IMG/VR virus record: IMGVR_UViG_3300037067_006927
Location: 26,121 to 90,120 of that record
From: a virus
Taxonomy: Duplodnaviria > Caudoviricetes
Reading direction: 5' to 3' (one strand)
Length of the DNA stretch: 64,000 bases
Shown here: positions 54,016-62,686 of the stretch, one piece after another
How the letters are laid out: each line of letters begins with the position of its first letter
Numbering within the stretch: the stretch's first letter is position 1
The notes under the pieces: model-generated
Database searches by the model: none
The model's input: only the letters and a program-made list of their open reading frames with translations
Told to the model about the DNA's origin: nothing
Translations under genes and position numbers: made by a program

Positions 54016-54414
54016 ATGGCCATCACTCTCACAGCCGCCGCCCGCTCCGCCGCCGCAAACGCCGTCGTTGACCTCGTCGACGTTGCGACTCCCGGCAACA
54101 TCAATCTCATGTCCGCAGCCGACGCCTCGCTGTGCGTGATCGACTTCGCCGCAACCGCATTTGGTGCTGCCGCGGACGGCGTCGCTGCTGCCGATTGCGA
54201 TCCGGTGCTCACTGGCGTCGGGCTCGCGGCGGCTGGTGCCGGCACCGCTTGCACCAAGTTCCAGGCGCGCAATGGATCTGATGCTGTCGTTTGGTCGGGC
54301 ACCGTGACGATCACCGGCGGTGGCGGCGACGTCACCGTCGACAACCCGAACATCGCCGAGAACCAGAACGTCACCGTCACCGCGTTCTCGTACACGCAAC
54401 CCGCGACGGTGTAG
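54016..54414 (+). CDS. small virion structural protein
   Basis: ACAGGAG RBS; ARSAAANAVVD...WSGTVT..GGGGD..NI..Q.VTVT.F.YT motif seen in phage appendage modules. Confidence 0.7.
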   Translation: MAITLTAAARSAAANAVVDLVDVATPGNINLMSAADASLCVIDFAATAFGAAADGVAAADCDPVLTGVGLAAAGAGTACTKFQARNGSDAVVWSGTVTITGGGGDVTVDNPNIAENQNVTVTAFSYTQPATV

Positions 54415-54451
54415 CGAGTACCAGCCACCTACCGCTCCTCGCTGACACGCC

Positions 54452-57256
54452 ATGGCCGCCACCCATCTAGCCGCAACCGGCACGATCTCGCTGCCCGTCC
54501 CCGCCTGTGGTGCGGGCAGCGTCACCGTGTACGGGTGGGTCTACATCCCGGCGGCGGGCGTCGCGAACGGTAATCTACTCTTCCAATCTACCGGATCATC
54601 GATCTGGCTCCAGTTCACGTCGTGGGCTGGGACCGGCGGATCGTGGGTCCTGTACTACGACTGGAACAGTTTCACCCCGTGGGGCTGGGGCAACGAGGCC
54701 GACGGGTGGATCTTCGTTGCACTCGTCTACAGTGCCGATCAACTCGACGTCTACTGGCGCCGCGACGGCCACTACGATCTAGGGCACATATCGGCGGCCA
54801 TCACCTACGATGACGCGATGACGGCGTTCGTCCTCGGCAGCGGGGACGGGGCCGCTGTCGCTGGCGACCACCAGTATTGGGGCTGCTACGTCGGCGCGCT
54901 GACCGAAGCGCAGATCCTGGCGCAGTCGTACTCCACGACGCAGATTGTCGCCGGTCGTTCGTTCTGGTCGCTGACGGACAACAGCGGAACGGACTCTGTT
55001 GGGTCGTACAACGCGACGCTCTCCGGCTCGAGCGTCGCCGACAAGACCGCGACGACGTCGTACACGGCGCCCGATACCACCCACGCAACCGAGGTTGTCC
55101 GTCGCGAGGGCGACTGCGCCGACTACGCTGGCAGCGTCACCGGCGACCCATTCACGGTGTCGTTCTGGGTCCAGCTTCCAGCGGCCGACACGAACGCCTA
55201 CCCGGTGTTCTTCAACGGTCCCACAGCGGAGGATGCATTCGGTTTCGTCTGCCAGCACACGGAGGACACGACCAGCTTCAACACGAATTGCATGTGCCAG
55301 ATCACTGGCCAGGCCGCCAACGACTACGGGATGGCGAGCTCGACCGGCACGCTCGCACAGTGCCTGGGCTGGGTGTTCGTTGCCTTCGTGATCACGGAGT
55401 CCGGCGGACACACATTCATTCAGACATTCACGGCTTTTGGGGTCGACGGGACGCTCACCGAACGGACGGAGTCGTATCCCGAGGTACCCTGGGTCTGGCC
55501 ATCGCCGAGTGGCTGGGCGTTGCGCGTCGGGAACCCGACGTACCTCCACTATTTGAAGCACCTGCGCGTGCACGCGAGCGCGCTCAACTCGACGCAACTC
55601 GCCGCGCTGATGGTGAGCGACGCGGATGATACGACGGCCTGGGCCCACTACCCGCTGAGCGATGGGAGTGGGGCCGACGTCTCCGGCAATGCGCGCCATC
55701 TGAACGTCGCGCGAGAGTGGTGGCCGGGTACCGATGGGCCCGCGCTGGAGAGCGAGCCAGAGGGGATCACCGGGACCGGGGCCTGTGTCGCGCCTGCGGC
55801 GACGTGCACCGGAACGGCAGTTGTCTCCGTTGCGGCGGCTGGCAGCGTTACGGCTCCGGCGGCCACCGTGTCCGCAACCGGTGAGGCGGGCGTCTCTGGG
55901 TTGGGCGCAGTCACCGCACCGGGAGCCACTCAATCGACGACGGCTGAAACGGTCGTCGCAGCAATCGGTGCCGTCACGGCGCCAGCGGCGAACCAGTCGG
56001 CAACCGGCAGCGTGACCGTTGCCACAATCGGTGCCTGCATTGCTCCGGCAGTCACAGCGATCGGCACCGGAACCGTCAGCATCACCGGAACCGCGGACTG
56101 CGTTGCGCCGGCCGCCATCGTAACCGGATCTGGATCCGTGTCCATCGTGGTCGCCGGGTCATGCGTCGCCCCGGCGGCTACGTGCTCCGGGACCGCGACC
56201 GTTGAATCGACGGACAGGGTTGCGGTAGGCGATTGCGTGGCGCCCGCTGCTACCGCGGCCGGCGTTGGCGCCGTGATGGTGACGGGGACCGGTGACTGTA
56301 CCGCTCCGGCGGCCACGACGACGGGCCAGGGGGCATTGGCCATCGTCGCCCAGTCGTCGTGCACCGCGCCAGCCGCGACCAGCGCCGGTACCATCACCAC
56401 GACCGTATCTGCCGTGGCGAGTGTCGTCGCTCCGGCCGCCGCCGCGTCTGGACTCGCCGCCGCACTGGTGACCGCCACGGCGGACATGGTTGCTCCTGCC
56501 GCGACCGTTGCTGGATCGGGTACCGTCGGGATAGTCGCCACCGGTGCCTGCTCTGCTCCCGCCGCTACATGCTCGGGTACCGCCGTCTTCGAGTCTGACA
56601 TCCGCGTCGTAGTCGGTGCGTGCGTTGCGGCTCCGGCGACCTGCTCTGGTACGGCGGTGGTCGCGGTGACCGCATCTGCTGCCGTCGTCGCTCCGCCCGC
56701 CACTACCACGGGCACGGGCACGGTATCGATCACCGGGTCCGGAGCGTGCGCGGCCAGTCCAGCGACGGCCACCGGCTCGGCATCGGTTGCTGTCTCTGGC
56801 TCTGGCTCCGTGACTGCTCCGGCCGCCACGGTTTCGGCGCTCGGTACGGTCAGGATCACGGCGAGCGCTGACGTCGTCGCTCCTGGTGCTACCTGCTCCG
56901 GAGAGGGCACGGTCGAGCAGGATGACTCACTCCACGCCGTCGGTGCGTGCGTAGCTCCCGCGGCAACGTCCACCGGGACTGGCACCGTCTCCGTCTCGTG
57001 CTCGGGTAGCGCGACGGCTCCGGGTGCCACTGTCATCGGGTCCGGGTCGGTTGCGGTCACCGCCACGAGCTCGTGCGTAGCACCGGCAGCAACGACTAGC
57101 GGAACGCTCGTATTCGGCGAGTACCGAATCCCGGGCTCGGTAGCGCTGAGCGCCACCACAGCAAAGGCCGCGATCTCCGCCACGGTTGCGGATGCGGCAA
57201 CGCTGTCCGTGCGCGCTGATACGGTTTCCATCTCCGCTCTAGTCGAGGCAGCATGA
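54452..57256 (+). CDS. fibre/adhesin with two LamG-like domains and a 21-aa repeat stalk
   Basis: WIFVALVY, FTVSFWVQ, WVFVAFV, LKHLRVHASAL; ~21 G(A/S)C(V/T)APAAT repeats. Confidence 0.75.
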   Translation: MAATHLAATGTISLPVPACGAGSVTVYGWVYIPAAGVANGNLLFQSTGSSIWLQFTSWAGTGGSWVLYYDWNSFTPWGWGNEADGWIFVALVYSADQLDVYWRRDGHYDLGHISAAITYDDAMTAFVLGSGDGAAVAGDHQYWGCYVGALTEAQILAQSYSTTQIVAGRSFWSLTDNSGTDSVGSYNATLSGSSVADKTATTSYTAPDTTHATEVVRREGDCADYAGSVTGDPFTVSFWVQLPAADTNAYPVFFNGPTAEDAFGFVCQHTEDTTSFNTNCMCQITGQAANDYGMASSTGTLAQCLGWVFVAFVITESGGHTFIQTFTAFGVDGTLTERTESYPEVPWVWPSPSGWALRVGNPTYLHYLKHLRVHASALNSTQLAALMVSDADDTTAWAHYPLSDGSGADVSGNARHLNVAREWWPGTDGPALESEPEGITGTGACVAPAATCTGTAVVSVAAAGSVTAPAATVSATGEAGVSGLGAVTAPGATQSTTAETVVAAIGAVTAPAANQSATGSVTVATIGACIAPAVTAIGTGTVSITGTADCVAPAAIVTGSGSVSIVVAGSCVAPAATCSGTATVESTDRVAVGDCVAPAATAAGVGAVMVTGTGDCTAPAATTTGQGALAIVAQSSCTAPAATSAGTITTTVSAVASVVAPAAAASGLAAALVTATADMVAPAATVAGSGTVGIVATGACSAPAATCSGTAVFESDIRVVVGACVAAPATCSGTAVVAVTASAAVVAPPATTTGTGTVSITGSGACAASPATATGSASVAVSGSGSVTAPAATVSALGTVRITASADVVAPGATCSGEGTVEQDDSLHAVGACVAPAATSTGTGTVSVSCSGSATAPGATVIGSGSVAVTATSSCVAPAATTSGTLVFGEYRIPGSVALSATTAKAAISATVADAATLSVRADTVSISALVEAA
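55778..57115 (+). repeat. coding tandem repeat, ~63-nt (21-aa) period, 21 units
   Basis: unit GACVAPAATCTGTAVVSVAAA; units 7, 13 and 18 are lengthened by charged inserts. Confidence 0.85.
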
Positions 57257-57555
57257 ACGTCGATCAAGGCCAGGTAGTCACGTTTCGAGCCACGTTCCGT
57301 TCGAGTGCCGGAGCGGCAGCAGATCCGACAACCGTGACGTGGAGAATGAAAGCGCCAGCCGGCACCGAGACTGCCTACGTGTACGGCACCGCGCCCGAGG
57401 CCACTCGCGAGAGCGTCGGGGTCTTCGTGCTGCGGATCCAGCTCTCGACTCCTGGCTCGTGGTTCTGTCGCGTCGAGGGCACCGGATCCGTTGCGGCCTG
57501 CGACGAGCTCCCAGCCATCGGCGTGCGGACATCACCATTCGCGACAGCCGTGTGA
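57253..57555 (+). CDS. small Ig-like virion protein
   Basis: TFRATF..G..ADPT.V...AP.G...G.F......PGSW..R.EGTG beta-sandwich pattern; ATGA coupling. Confidence 0.7.
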   Translation: MNVDQGQVVTFRATFRSSAGAAADPTTVTWRMKAPAGTETAYVYGTAPEATRESVGVFVLRIQLSTPGSWFCRVEGTGSVAACDELPAIGVRTSPFATAV

Positions 57556-57630
57556 TGTAGCCGATCACCCCGCCCTGACGTTGCGCGTCATGCCACCGAG
57601 TGTGCACGTTCGTGGCAGAGGAGAGACGCA

Positions 57631-57930
57631 TTGACAAACAAGCTTGCTGATCTTCTGCCGGCGCTGGCGCTCGAGGGTCTACTGCCCGCCGTCGTCGAGG
57701 TGGAGCGGCTGCTGGCCAGTCAGGTGCAACGCGGGAGGATCCGCCAGTGGGCGGAGCTCAACGAGGACTCGCTACTAGACCACCTGCGGGGGCACGTCGA
57801 CGAGGTGGCGTGGTTCGGCCTCGATGCGCGAGACGACGGCACCGGCAAGTTCACGGCTGCGCACGCCACGGCTCGGAGCCTGATGATCCTGGCCTGCGCA
57901 CTGGCAGACGCGGAAGGCGGTGGAGAGTGA
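57631..57930 (+). CDS. dATP/dGTP diphosphohydrolase-like (DUF5664-type) protein
   Basis: QW...LLDHLRGHV...DDGTG...AAHATARSLMIL matches the RH...D.ESG..HLAHA pattern. Confidence 0.6.
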   Translation: MTNKLADLLPALALEGLLPAVVEVERLLASQVQRGRIRQWAELNEDSLLDHLRGHVDEVAWFGLDARDDGTGKFTAAHATARSLMILACALADAEGGGE

Positions 57931-59408
57931 ACTACTACTCCGATGGGGCGATCCTTGCGTGCGTCCCCGACGACGGCTGCTCGAGCAACGCTATTTGCCG
58001 AGCGCTCACTGGATACAGGCACCACGCCAGCATCCAGAATCGGGTCCGCCTGCTGATTGAGCACGGTACGCTAGTGCGGGACTCCGCTGGCCTGATCCGT
58101 GTCGCGTCATCTAGCAAAGGACAGAGCGGTGAGAGGGACAATGCGTCATCACTTCCGCAAGAGTGTATGCACGATGGACCGCCACGGGAGCGCACGAATG
58201 TAACGCCAGGCGTTACTTTGGAGGAGCGGACGGCGGACTCGTCCGACGACCTGTCCGCCGTGCGCAAGTGGGCCACTCCTGAGCAGGCGTCCGCGATCGA
58301 TGCGCTGCTGGCTCACGGGTCCGTTCTCGCAGCAGCCGGAGCGCTCGACATGCGACCCGGGCGACTGCGCGATCTGTTGTCCGAGGCGAAGAGACGGGCG
58401 GCGCGAGCGGGATGGTCGCCGGCGCACGCGATGGTTCACACTGTTCCGGCCGGGTTCCACGTCTCCGGCGTGTCCACTCTCTACGGGCAGGACGGGACAC
58501 CGCGCGGGCAGTGGGTCAAGAGCAAGTCGGACGACGAGCACCTGATTGCCAGACTGCTCGACGCCTGCCAGGAGATCGTCGAGCCATTGCGCGGGAAGGG
58601 CGGGATCACCGCTGCCCCAAGGCACGAGGACTCCGACACGCTCTGCGTCTACCCGATGGGCGATCCGCACTTCGGGATGTTCGCGTGGGCAGCCGAGACG
58701 GGACAGGACTTCGATCTCAAGATCGCGGAACATACGCTGTCCGCTGCCGTTGATGCGCTGGTCGGGCTGGCTCCGAAGAGTGAGCAGGCACTGGTGATCA
58801 ACCTCGGTGATTTCTTCCACACTGACAACGCTACCAACCGGACCATGCGATCGGGCAACGCGCTCGACGTCGATTCGCGGTGGGCCAAGGTGCTCGGTGT
58901 CGGCGTGAAGACCATGCGGGCGTGCATCGATCGGACGCTCGAAAAGCACGCCAAGGTCCGCGTCATCAACGAGATTGGAAATCACGACGATAATACGTCG
59001 ATTGTGCTGTCCACGGTGTTGGCGGCCTTCTACGAGAAAGAGCCGCGCGTAGAGATAGACTGCTCGCCGGCTGCGTTTCACTGGCACCGATTCGGCAAGT
59101 GCCTGATCGGAGTGACGCACGGGGACGAAGCGAAGATGAATCAGCTACCCGGGATCATGGCGGCTGATCGTGCCGCGGACTGGGGAGTCACCGAGCATCG
59201 GCATTGGTACACCGGACACGTGCACCACGACGGGCTGACGGAGTTCCCGGGCTGCACCGTCGAGACGTTCCGCACGCTGGCACCGGGTGACGCATGGGCG
59301 CACCGAGCCGGGTTCCGAAGTGGCCGCGACATGAAGCTCGACGTCTGGCACCGTGAGCACGGGATGATCAATCGTCACATCGTTGGGATTGGGAGATTGG
59401 GTTCGTGA
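57927..59408 (+). CDS. calcineurin-like metallophosphoesterase with N-terminal HTH domains
   Basis: GDPHFG, LGDFFH, GNHD, THGD, TGHVHH motifs; N-terminal wHTH and HTH-like segments. Confidence 0.88.
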   Translation: MNYYSDGAILACVPDDGCSSNAICRALTGYRHHASIQNRVRLLIEHGTLVRDSAGLIRVASSSKGQSGERDNASSLPQECMHDGPPRERTNVTPGVTLEERTADSSDDLSAVRKWATPEQASAIDALLAHGSVLAAAGALDMRPGRLRDLLSEAKRRAARAGWSPAHAMVHTVPAGFHVSGVSTLYGQDGTPRGQWVKSKSDDEHLIARLLDACQEIVEPLRGKGGITAAPRHEDSDTLCVYPMGDPHFGMFAWAAETGQDFDLKIAEHTLSAAVDALVGLAPKSEQALVINLGDFFHTDNATNRTMRSGNALDVDSRWAKVLGVGVKTMRACIDRTLEKHAKVRVINEIGNHDDNTSIVLSTVLAAFYEKEPRVEIDCSPAAFHWHRFGKCLIGVTHGDEAKMNQLPGIMAADRAADWGVTEHRHWYTGHVHHDGLTEFPGCTVETFRTLAPGDAWAHRAGFRSGRDMKLDVWHREHGMINRHIVGIGRLGS

Positions 59409-59419
59409 CGGGGTAAGCC

Positions 59420-59689
59420 ATGCGTGGTCGTCTCCCCGCCGTTGGCTCGATCGTCCTGGTGACGTGGGACGACGCCAGCGAGACACCGCGTGCGGCAGAT
59501 GACGATTCCCAGCCGCCGTGCATCATGCGCACGATCGGATGGTTGAAGCGAAAGACTCGCCGCGAACTCGAGGTAGCCGCTGAGCTCGGCCCATCCGAGA
59601 TGGTCGAGCGGTGGCGCGGAGTGACGCGAATCCCGCGAGGCATGGTGCTCGACGTCACGCGAATCTGCTCGGGGAAGGTCGCCGGATGA
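59420..59689 (+). CDS. small conserved phage protein
   Basis: IVLVTWDDA...RTIGWL...IPRGMV pattern. Confidence 0.6.
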   Translation: MRGRLPAVGSIVLVTWDDASETPRAADDDSQPPCIMRTIGWLKRKTRRELEVAAELGPSEMVERWRGVTRIPRGMVLDVTRICSGKVAG

Positions 59690-59931
59690 ACGCCATCGGC
59701 TACGTCGGAGCCGTACTGCTGGCGCTCTCCGCGATTCCGCAGGTAGTCACCACAGTCCGCCAAGGCCACGCGCGCGGACTGTCGTGGGGACTGCTGGCGC
59801 TGTGGCTTGCGGGTGAGGCGTCGATGCTAGCTTGGGCGATCGTCGAGGACCCGAGCCCGATTCTCCTGGCGAACTTCGGCGGCAACCTGGCGCTCGTCTC
59901 GGTGCTCGCCGCCTACCGACTCCGCGCATAA
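59686..59931 (+). CDS. PQ-loop / SemiSWEET-family small membrane transporter
   Basis: three TM helices; LSAIPQVVTTVRQG..GLSW..L, LLANF. Confidence 0.85.
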   Translation: MNAIGYVGAVLLALSAIPQVVTTVRQGHARGLSWGLLALWLAGEASMLAWAIVEDPSPILLANFGGNLALVSVLAAYRLRA

Positions 59932-59970
59932 CCGCCGGGTATGCTCCGCTCGCATGACTAAATCCACCCG

Positions 59971-60047
59971 GTTGAACCGCGGTTCAACTGCGCGCGGTTA
60001 TTAACCGCCCGTTAGTTATCAACACGTTACTAGTAACCTGTTGATAA
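59971..60047. promoter_or_regulatory. AT-rich cluster of three adjacent palindromes
   Basis: GTTGAACCGCGGTTCAAC 59971-59988 (perfect); GCGGTTA-T-TAACCGC 59994-60008; TTATCAACACGTTACTAGTAACCTGTTGATAA 60016-60047 (one C/C mismatch). Confidence 0.8.
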
Positions 60048-60108
60048 TCAAGAAACGTTACCAGCGGTTCCCTTTCGCTCCTGAACGAAACTACCGATAG
60101 ACCACACC

Positions 60109-60477
60109 ATGGCCGACCAAGTCTCCGAGCACCCAACCGATCGTAGTCCGCCGCCGTCCGAGGAACCCACCGACCGAGGCGGGTCAACGCACGGGATCCC
60201 GCTCACCGAGCTGGACTCGGACGCGCACCTGGCCCACCACGCGGTGCTCGCCGCCAAAGCCGCCCGGGTGATCGAGGCGCTGCCTCAACTGCGCGACGAC
60301 TTGATCCGCATGATCGACGACCGATTCCGGGTGCTGCTGGCGGACCTCGGAGTGGCGGACTCGTCGATGGTGGTCCACGAGGTCCACGTCCACGGAGCGG
60401 CGCTGGCGGCGCTTCGAACGGACGTGGACGGGTTGCCGTGCAGGGCTGGCGGCGGGTGCGATGTGGCGGCGGAGTGA
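60109..60477 (+). CDS. hypothetical helical/coiled-coil protein
   Basis: 122-aa ORF with high GC3. Confidence 0.5.
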   Translation: MADQVSEHPTDRSPPPSEEPTDRGGSTHGIPLTELDSDAHLAHHAVLAAKAARVIEALPQLRDDLIRMIDDRFRVLLADLGVADSSMVVHEVHVHGAALAALRTDVDGLPCRAGGGCDVAAE

Positions 60478-60481
60478 GCGG

Positions 60482-60658
60482 CTACCCCACCCTCGCCGCC
60501 GCCCTAAGCGCGTCCTGAAGCCGGCCGAACCTGACCAGGCTGTACACGGTAGCCGGTACCGTCGGGGCCTCCACCGGGGCGCAGGCGAGGCGGATGCCGC
60601 TGGCCGACGGCGGCGGGCAGGACTGGGTGGGTGGGGAGGTGGGGAGGGTGCTGGGCAT
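60482..60658 (-). CDS. small hypothetical early protein
   Basis: ATG at 60658, 4 nt after the upstream stop. Confidence 0.35.
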   Translation of the reverse strand: MPSTLPTSPPTQSCPPPSASGIRLACAPVEAPTVPATVYSLVRFGRLQDALRAAARVG

Positions 60659-60662
60659 GGGA

Positions 60663-60827
60663 CTACTGCCCCTCCCCATACAGGTCCCAGCCGGCCTCGA
60701 GACTCATCGCGCTCTCCTCGCTCTCGTCATCGGTCGCCGTCACCTCCGGGATCCATCGGAGTCCACAGGGCCCGTCGACCCAGGCGCCGCGGTCATTCGT
60801 CGGTGCGGTGGTGGCTGCGAGCTTCAT
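60663..60827 (-). CDS. small acidic early protein
   Basis: manually read 54-aa ORF MKLAATTAPTNDRGAWVDGPCGLRW...; AGGAGG RBS. Confidence 0.6.
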   Translation of the reverse strand: MKLAATTAPTNDRGAWVDGPCGLRWIPEVTATDDESEESAMSLEAGWDLYGEGQ

Positions 60828-60897
60828 CTCAGGTCCTCCTGACGCCTCAACCCCCTGCCTTTCGGTGAGGGGGTGGGGCTGGGTGGGTGGGGTGGGT

Positions 60898-61071
60898 TCA
60901 GGCCGCCTTACTGGCCCAGTAATTCCTCTGCGCTGCCAGGCAATTCATGGTGGCCATGTCTTCCGGCCTCTTTGCGTCGCTACCGTAGTAGCTGGCCATC
61001 TTCTCCTCAAGGAGGATATCCAGCACCGCAACCATCGTCCCGGGGTCCAGCTTCGTCGTCGCGTTGTTCAT
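60898..61071 (-). CDS. small early protein (leaderless candidate)
   Basis: MNNATTKLDPG...; ATG lies inside the 32-bp repeat. Confidence 0.6.
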   Translation of the reverse strand: MNNATTKLDPGTMVAVLDILLEEKMASYYGSDAKRPEDMATMNCLAAQRNYWASKAA

Positions 61072-61106
61072 GATCCATAAGGTACTCTCTTTCGGAGTAC
61101 CGTCAA
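61068..61106 (-). promoter_or_regulatory. promoter/operator copy 1
   Basis: TTGACG-N16-TACCTT-N7-ATG; spacer holds TACTC-N7-GAGTA; 61068-61099 is identical to 62099-62130. Confidence 0.7.
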
Positions 61107-61114
61107 CCTCTTTC

Positions 61115-61462
61115 TCACCTTTTCTTTCCGGGCTCGGTCGATTTCCTGGACCCCGCCAAATCCTCGCTGATTTCGACATCAGCCGCCCGTGACAGGACCG
61201 ACCGGACCCAGTCCGATAGGGTCAGGCCGGAGCGCTCGACCGCCGCGTCGATACGGGCGCGCTGGCCGGCATCCAGAGGGATACCGCGGCGGACGGCGCC
61301 ACCGGGTGGCACCTGCCCGATCCGGACGTGACTCCGGCGGGCAGCCCGCAGCAGAGCCGCCCGCGACCATGCCCGGTCCGTCTCTCCGACCGTGGCGGAC
61401 GCCTGGGCGATCCGGCCGGCGAGCTCCTCCGCCATGAGGAGGTCGATGCGGGTGGGGGTCAC
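61115..61462 (-). CDS. tandem ribbon-helix-helix (CopG/Arc-like) regulator
   Basis: two units, RIDLLMAEELAGRIAQASATVGET..AW.R..L.RAA and RRGIPLDAGQRARIDAAVERSGLTLSDWVRSVLSRAA. Confidence 0.7.
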   Translation of the reverse strand: MTPTRIDLLMAEELAGRIAQASATVGETDRAWSRAALLRAARRSHVRIGQVPPGGAVRRGIPLDAGQRARIDAAVERSGLTLSDWVRSVLSRAADVEISEDLAGSRKSTEPGKKR

Positions 61463-61818
61463 AGCGCCACCCGAGCCGCAGCGGCGCGGAGGTCCGTCGC
61501 GTGGCGAGCTCCGGACTCGACTCGGTGAAAGCACCGGCCGTCAAACTCGGCGGACCGAGCGGCCTTCTCGAGGCGGGACACCAGCGCGGCCGGTCGCCAC
61601 CAGCCGACGAGCGCCAGGTCGGAGTACCCGCGCGTGCACTGCTCGTGCAACTCGATCGAGTCGTGGTCGTAGTAGTCGGTGGAGAAGTGGACGCACTCGC
61701 CGGCAACGGCCATGGCTCGGAGTTCTGGCTCGTAGCACTCATGGTGGCGCCAGAGGGGGCGGCCGCACTCCGATGCCTCGTCCAGTGCCTTGGTGATGAT
61801 CTTGCGTGATTCGGTCAT
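61459..61818 (-). CDS. hypothetical early protein
   Basis: AGGAG RBS; GTGA coupling to the RHH gene. Confidence 0.65.
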   Translation of the reverse strand: MTESRKIITKALDEASECGRPLWRHHECYEPELRAMAVAGECVHFSTDYYDHDSIELHEQCTRGYSDLALVGWWRPAALVSRLEKAARSAEFDGRCFHRVESGARHATDLRAAAARVAL

Positions 61819-61886
61819 TGCAGGTTCTCCTACCGCCGAAGGCCCGGCCCCAGAGGGGTGCGGGCCGGGAGCGGCGGGACGGTGAG

Positions 61887-62102
61887 TCAGTCGGCCAGCA
61901 TCGCTCGGTGCATGTAGTGCTCGAAGGACGCCAGGAACGTCGGCTCCGCGTCAAGGCGGCGCATGCTGGCGAGCTCGTCGTGAGCGTCGTCGCCACGGGC
62001 CACGGTGCACTCATAGTGGATTCGGCCGGCTTCCCAGCGGCGGCTGTACTCGGGATTGATGCGGTCGGCGGCGGGGCGGCGGGTTGCGTTGCGGTTCGTC
62101 AT
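61887..62102 (-). CDS. small early protein (leaderless candidate)
   Basis: MTNRNATRRPAADRINPEY...; ATG lies inside repeat copy 2. Confidence 0.6.
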   Translation of the reverse strand: MTNRNATRRPAADRINPEYSRRWEAGRIHYECTVARGDDAHDELASMRRLDAEPTFLASFEHYMHRAMLAD

Positions 62103-62137
62103 GATCCATAAGGTACTCTCTTTCGGAGTAGGTGCAA
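62099..62137 (-). promoter_or_regulatory. promoter/operator copy 2
   Basis: TTGCAC-N16-TACCTT-N7-ATG with the same 32-bp core. Confidence 0.7.
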
Positions 62138-62240
62138 GCACTATCTTCAACAAATCGACCTGACCCACTGGCCAAGCGACAATCCCGCAGGTTTCCCCAT
62201 GCCAGCCGACCGCCCGTCCCGCGAGTTCCGCCTTGAGCAC

Positions 62241-62654
62241 ATGGCCGACGGCGAGCGGGTGATGTTCCCCGTGACCGACCCGCCGGAGGCCATCCAGCCA
62301 CCTGCCGGCCCCGTGAGAGCGTCCGTGCCTCCGGGCCGTGTGCAGTCCTGGGCGCTCGTGATCGTGGCTGTGCTGGGCGCAGGCGGGGCGCCGTCGCTCG
62401 TCCAGGCGATCCGCGGGGACGATGGCCAGGCCGCTGCTGTCGGAGCGCTGACCCGGGAGGTTACCGAGCTCCGCGGCGCCGTCGCCCGACTCGAGGGCCA
62501 GGTGCGCGAGACGTCCGAGCGGCTGACGGGGCTGCGTGCGACGGTCGAGGCGAGGGAGCAGGCAAGGAGGGAGCAACTGGCGCAGGCGAGGTCCCACCTC
62601 ACCGGTCCGCCGCGGCCCGATGTGCCGGGGGCGATTCGGGTTCTGGACGAGTAG
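62241..62654 (+). CDS. single-TM coiled-coil protein
   Basis: WALVIVAVLGAGGAPSLV TM segment followed by heptads. Confidence 0.6.
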   Translation: MADGERVMFPVTDPPEAIQPPAGPVRASVPPGRVQSWALVIVAVLGAGGAPSLVQAIRGDDGQAAAVGALTREVTELRGAVARLEGQVRETSERLTGLRATVEAREQARREQLAQARSHLTGPPRPDVPGAIRVLDE

Positions 62655-62686
62655 CGTGGACGGCGAGTAGCGGTTAGGATATCAGC

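Noticed and set aside
44713-57256. Diversity-generating retroelement targeting the adhesins
   Set aside because: No reverse transcriptase and no TR/VR near-identical pair differing at adenines was seen.
57631-57930. 2-aminoadenine (dZ) genome pathway
   Set aside because: A dATP/dGTP diphosphohydrolase-like gene is present, but there is no PurZ, DatZ or dedicated polymerase in the window.
61068-62130. CRISPR or mini-array from the 32-bp direct repeat
   Set aside because: Only two copies, 1 kb apart, each embedding a start codon and promoter; no cas genes.
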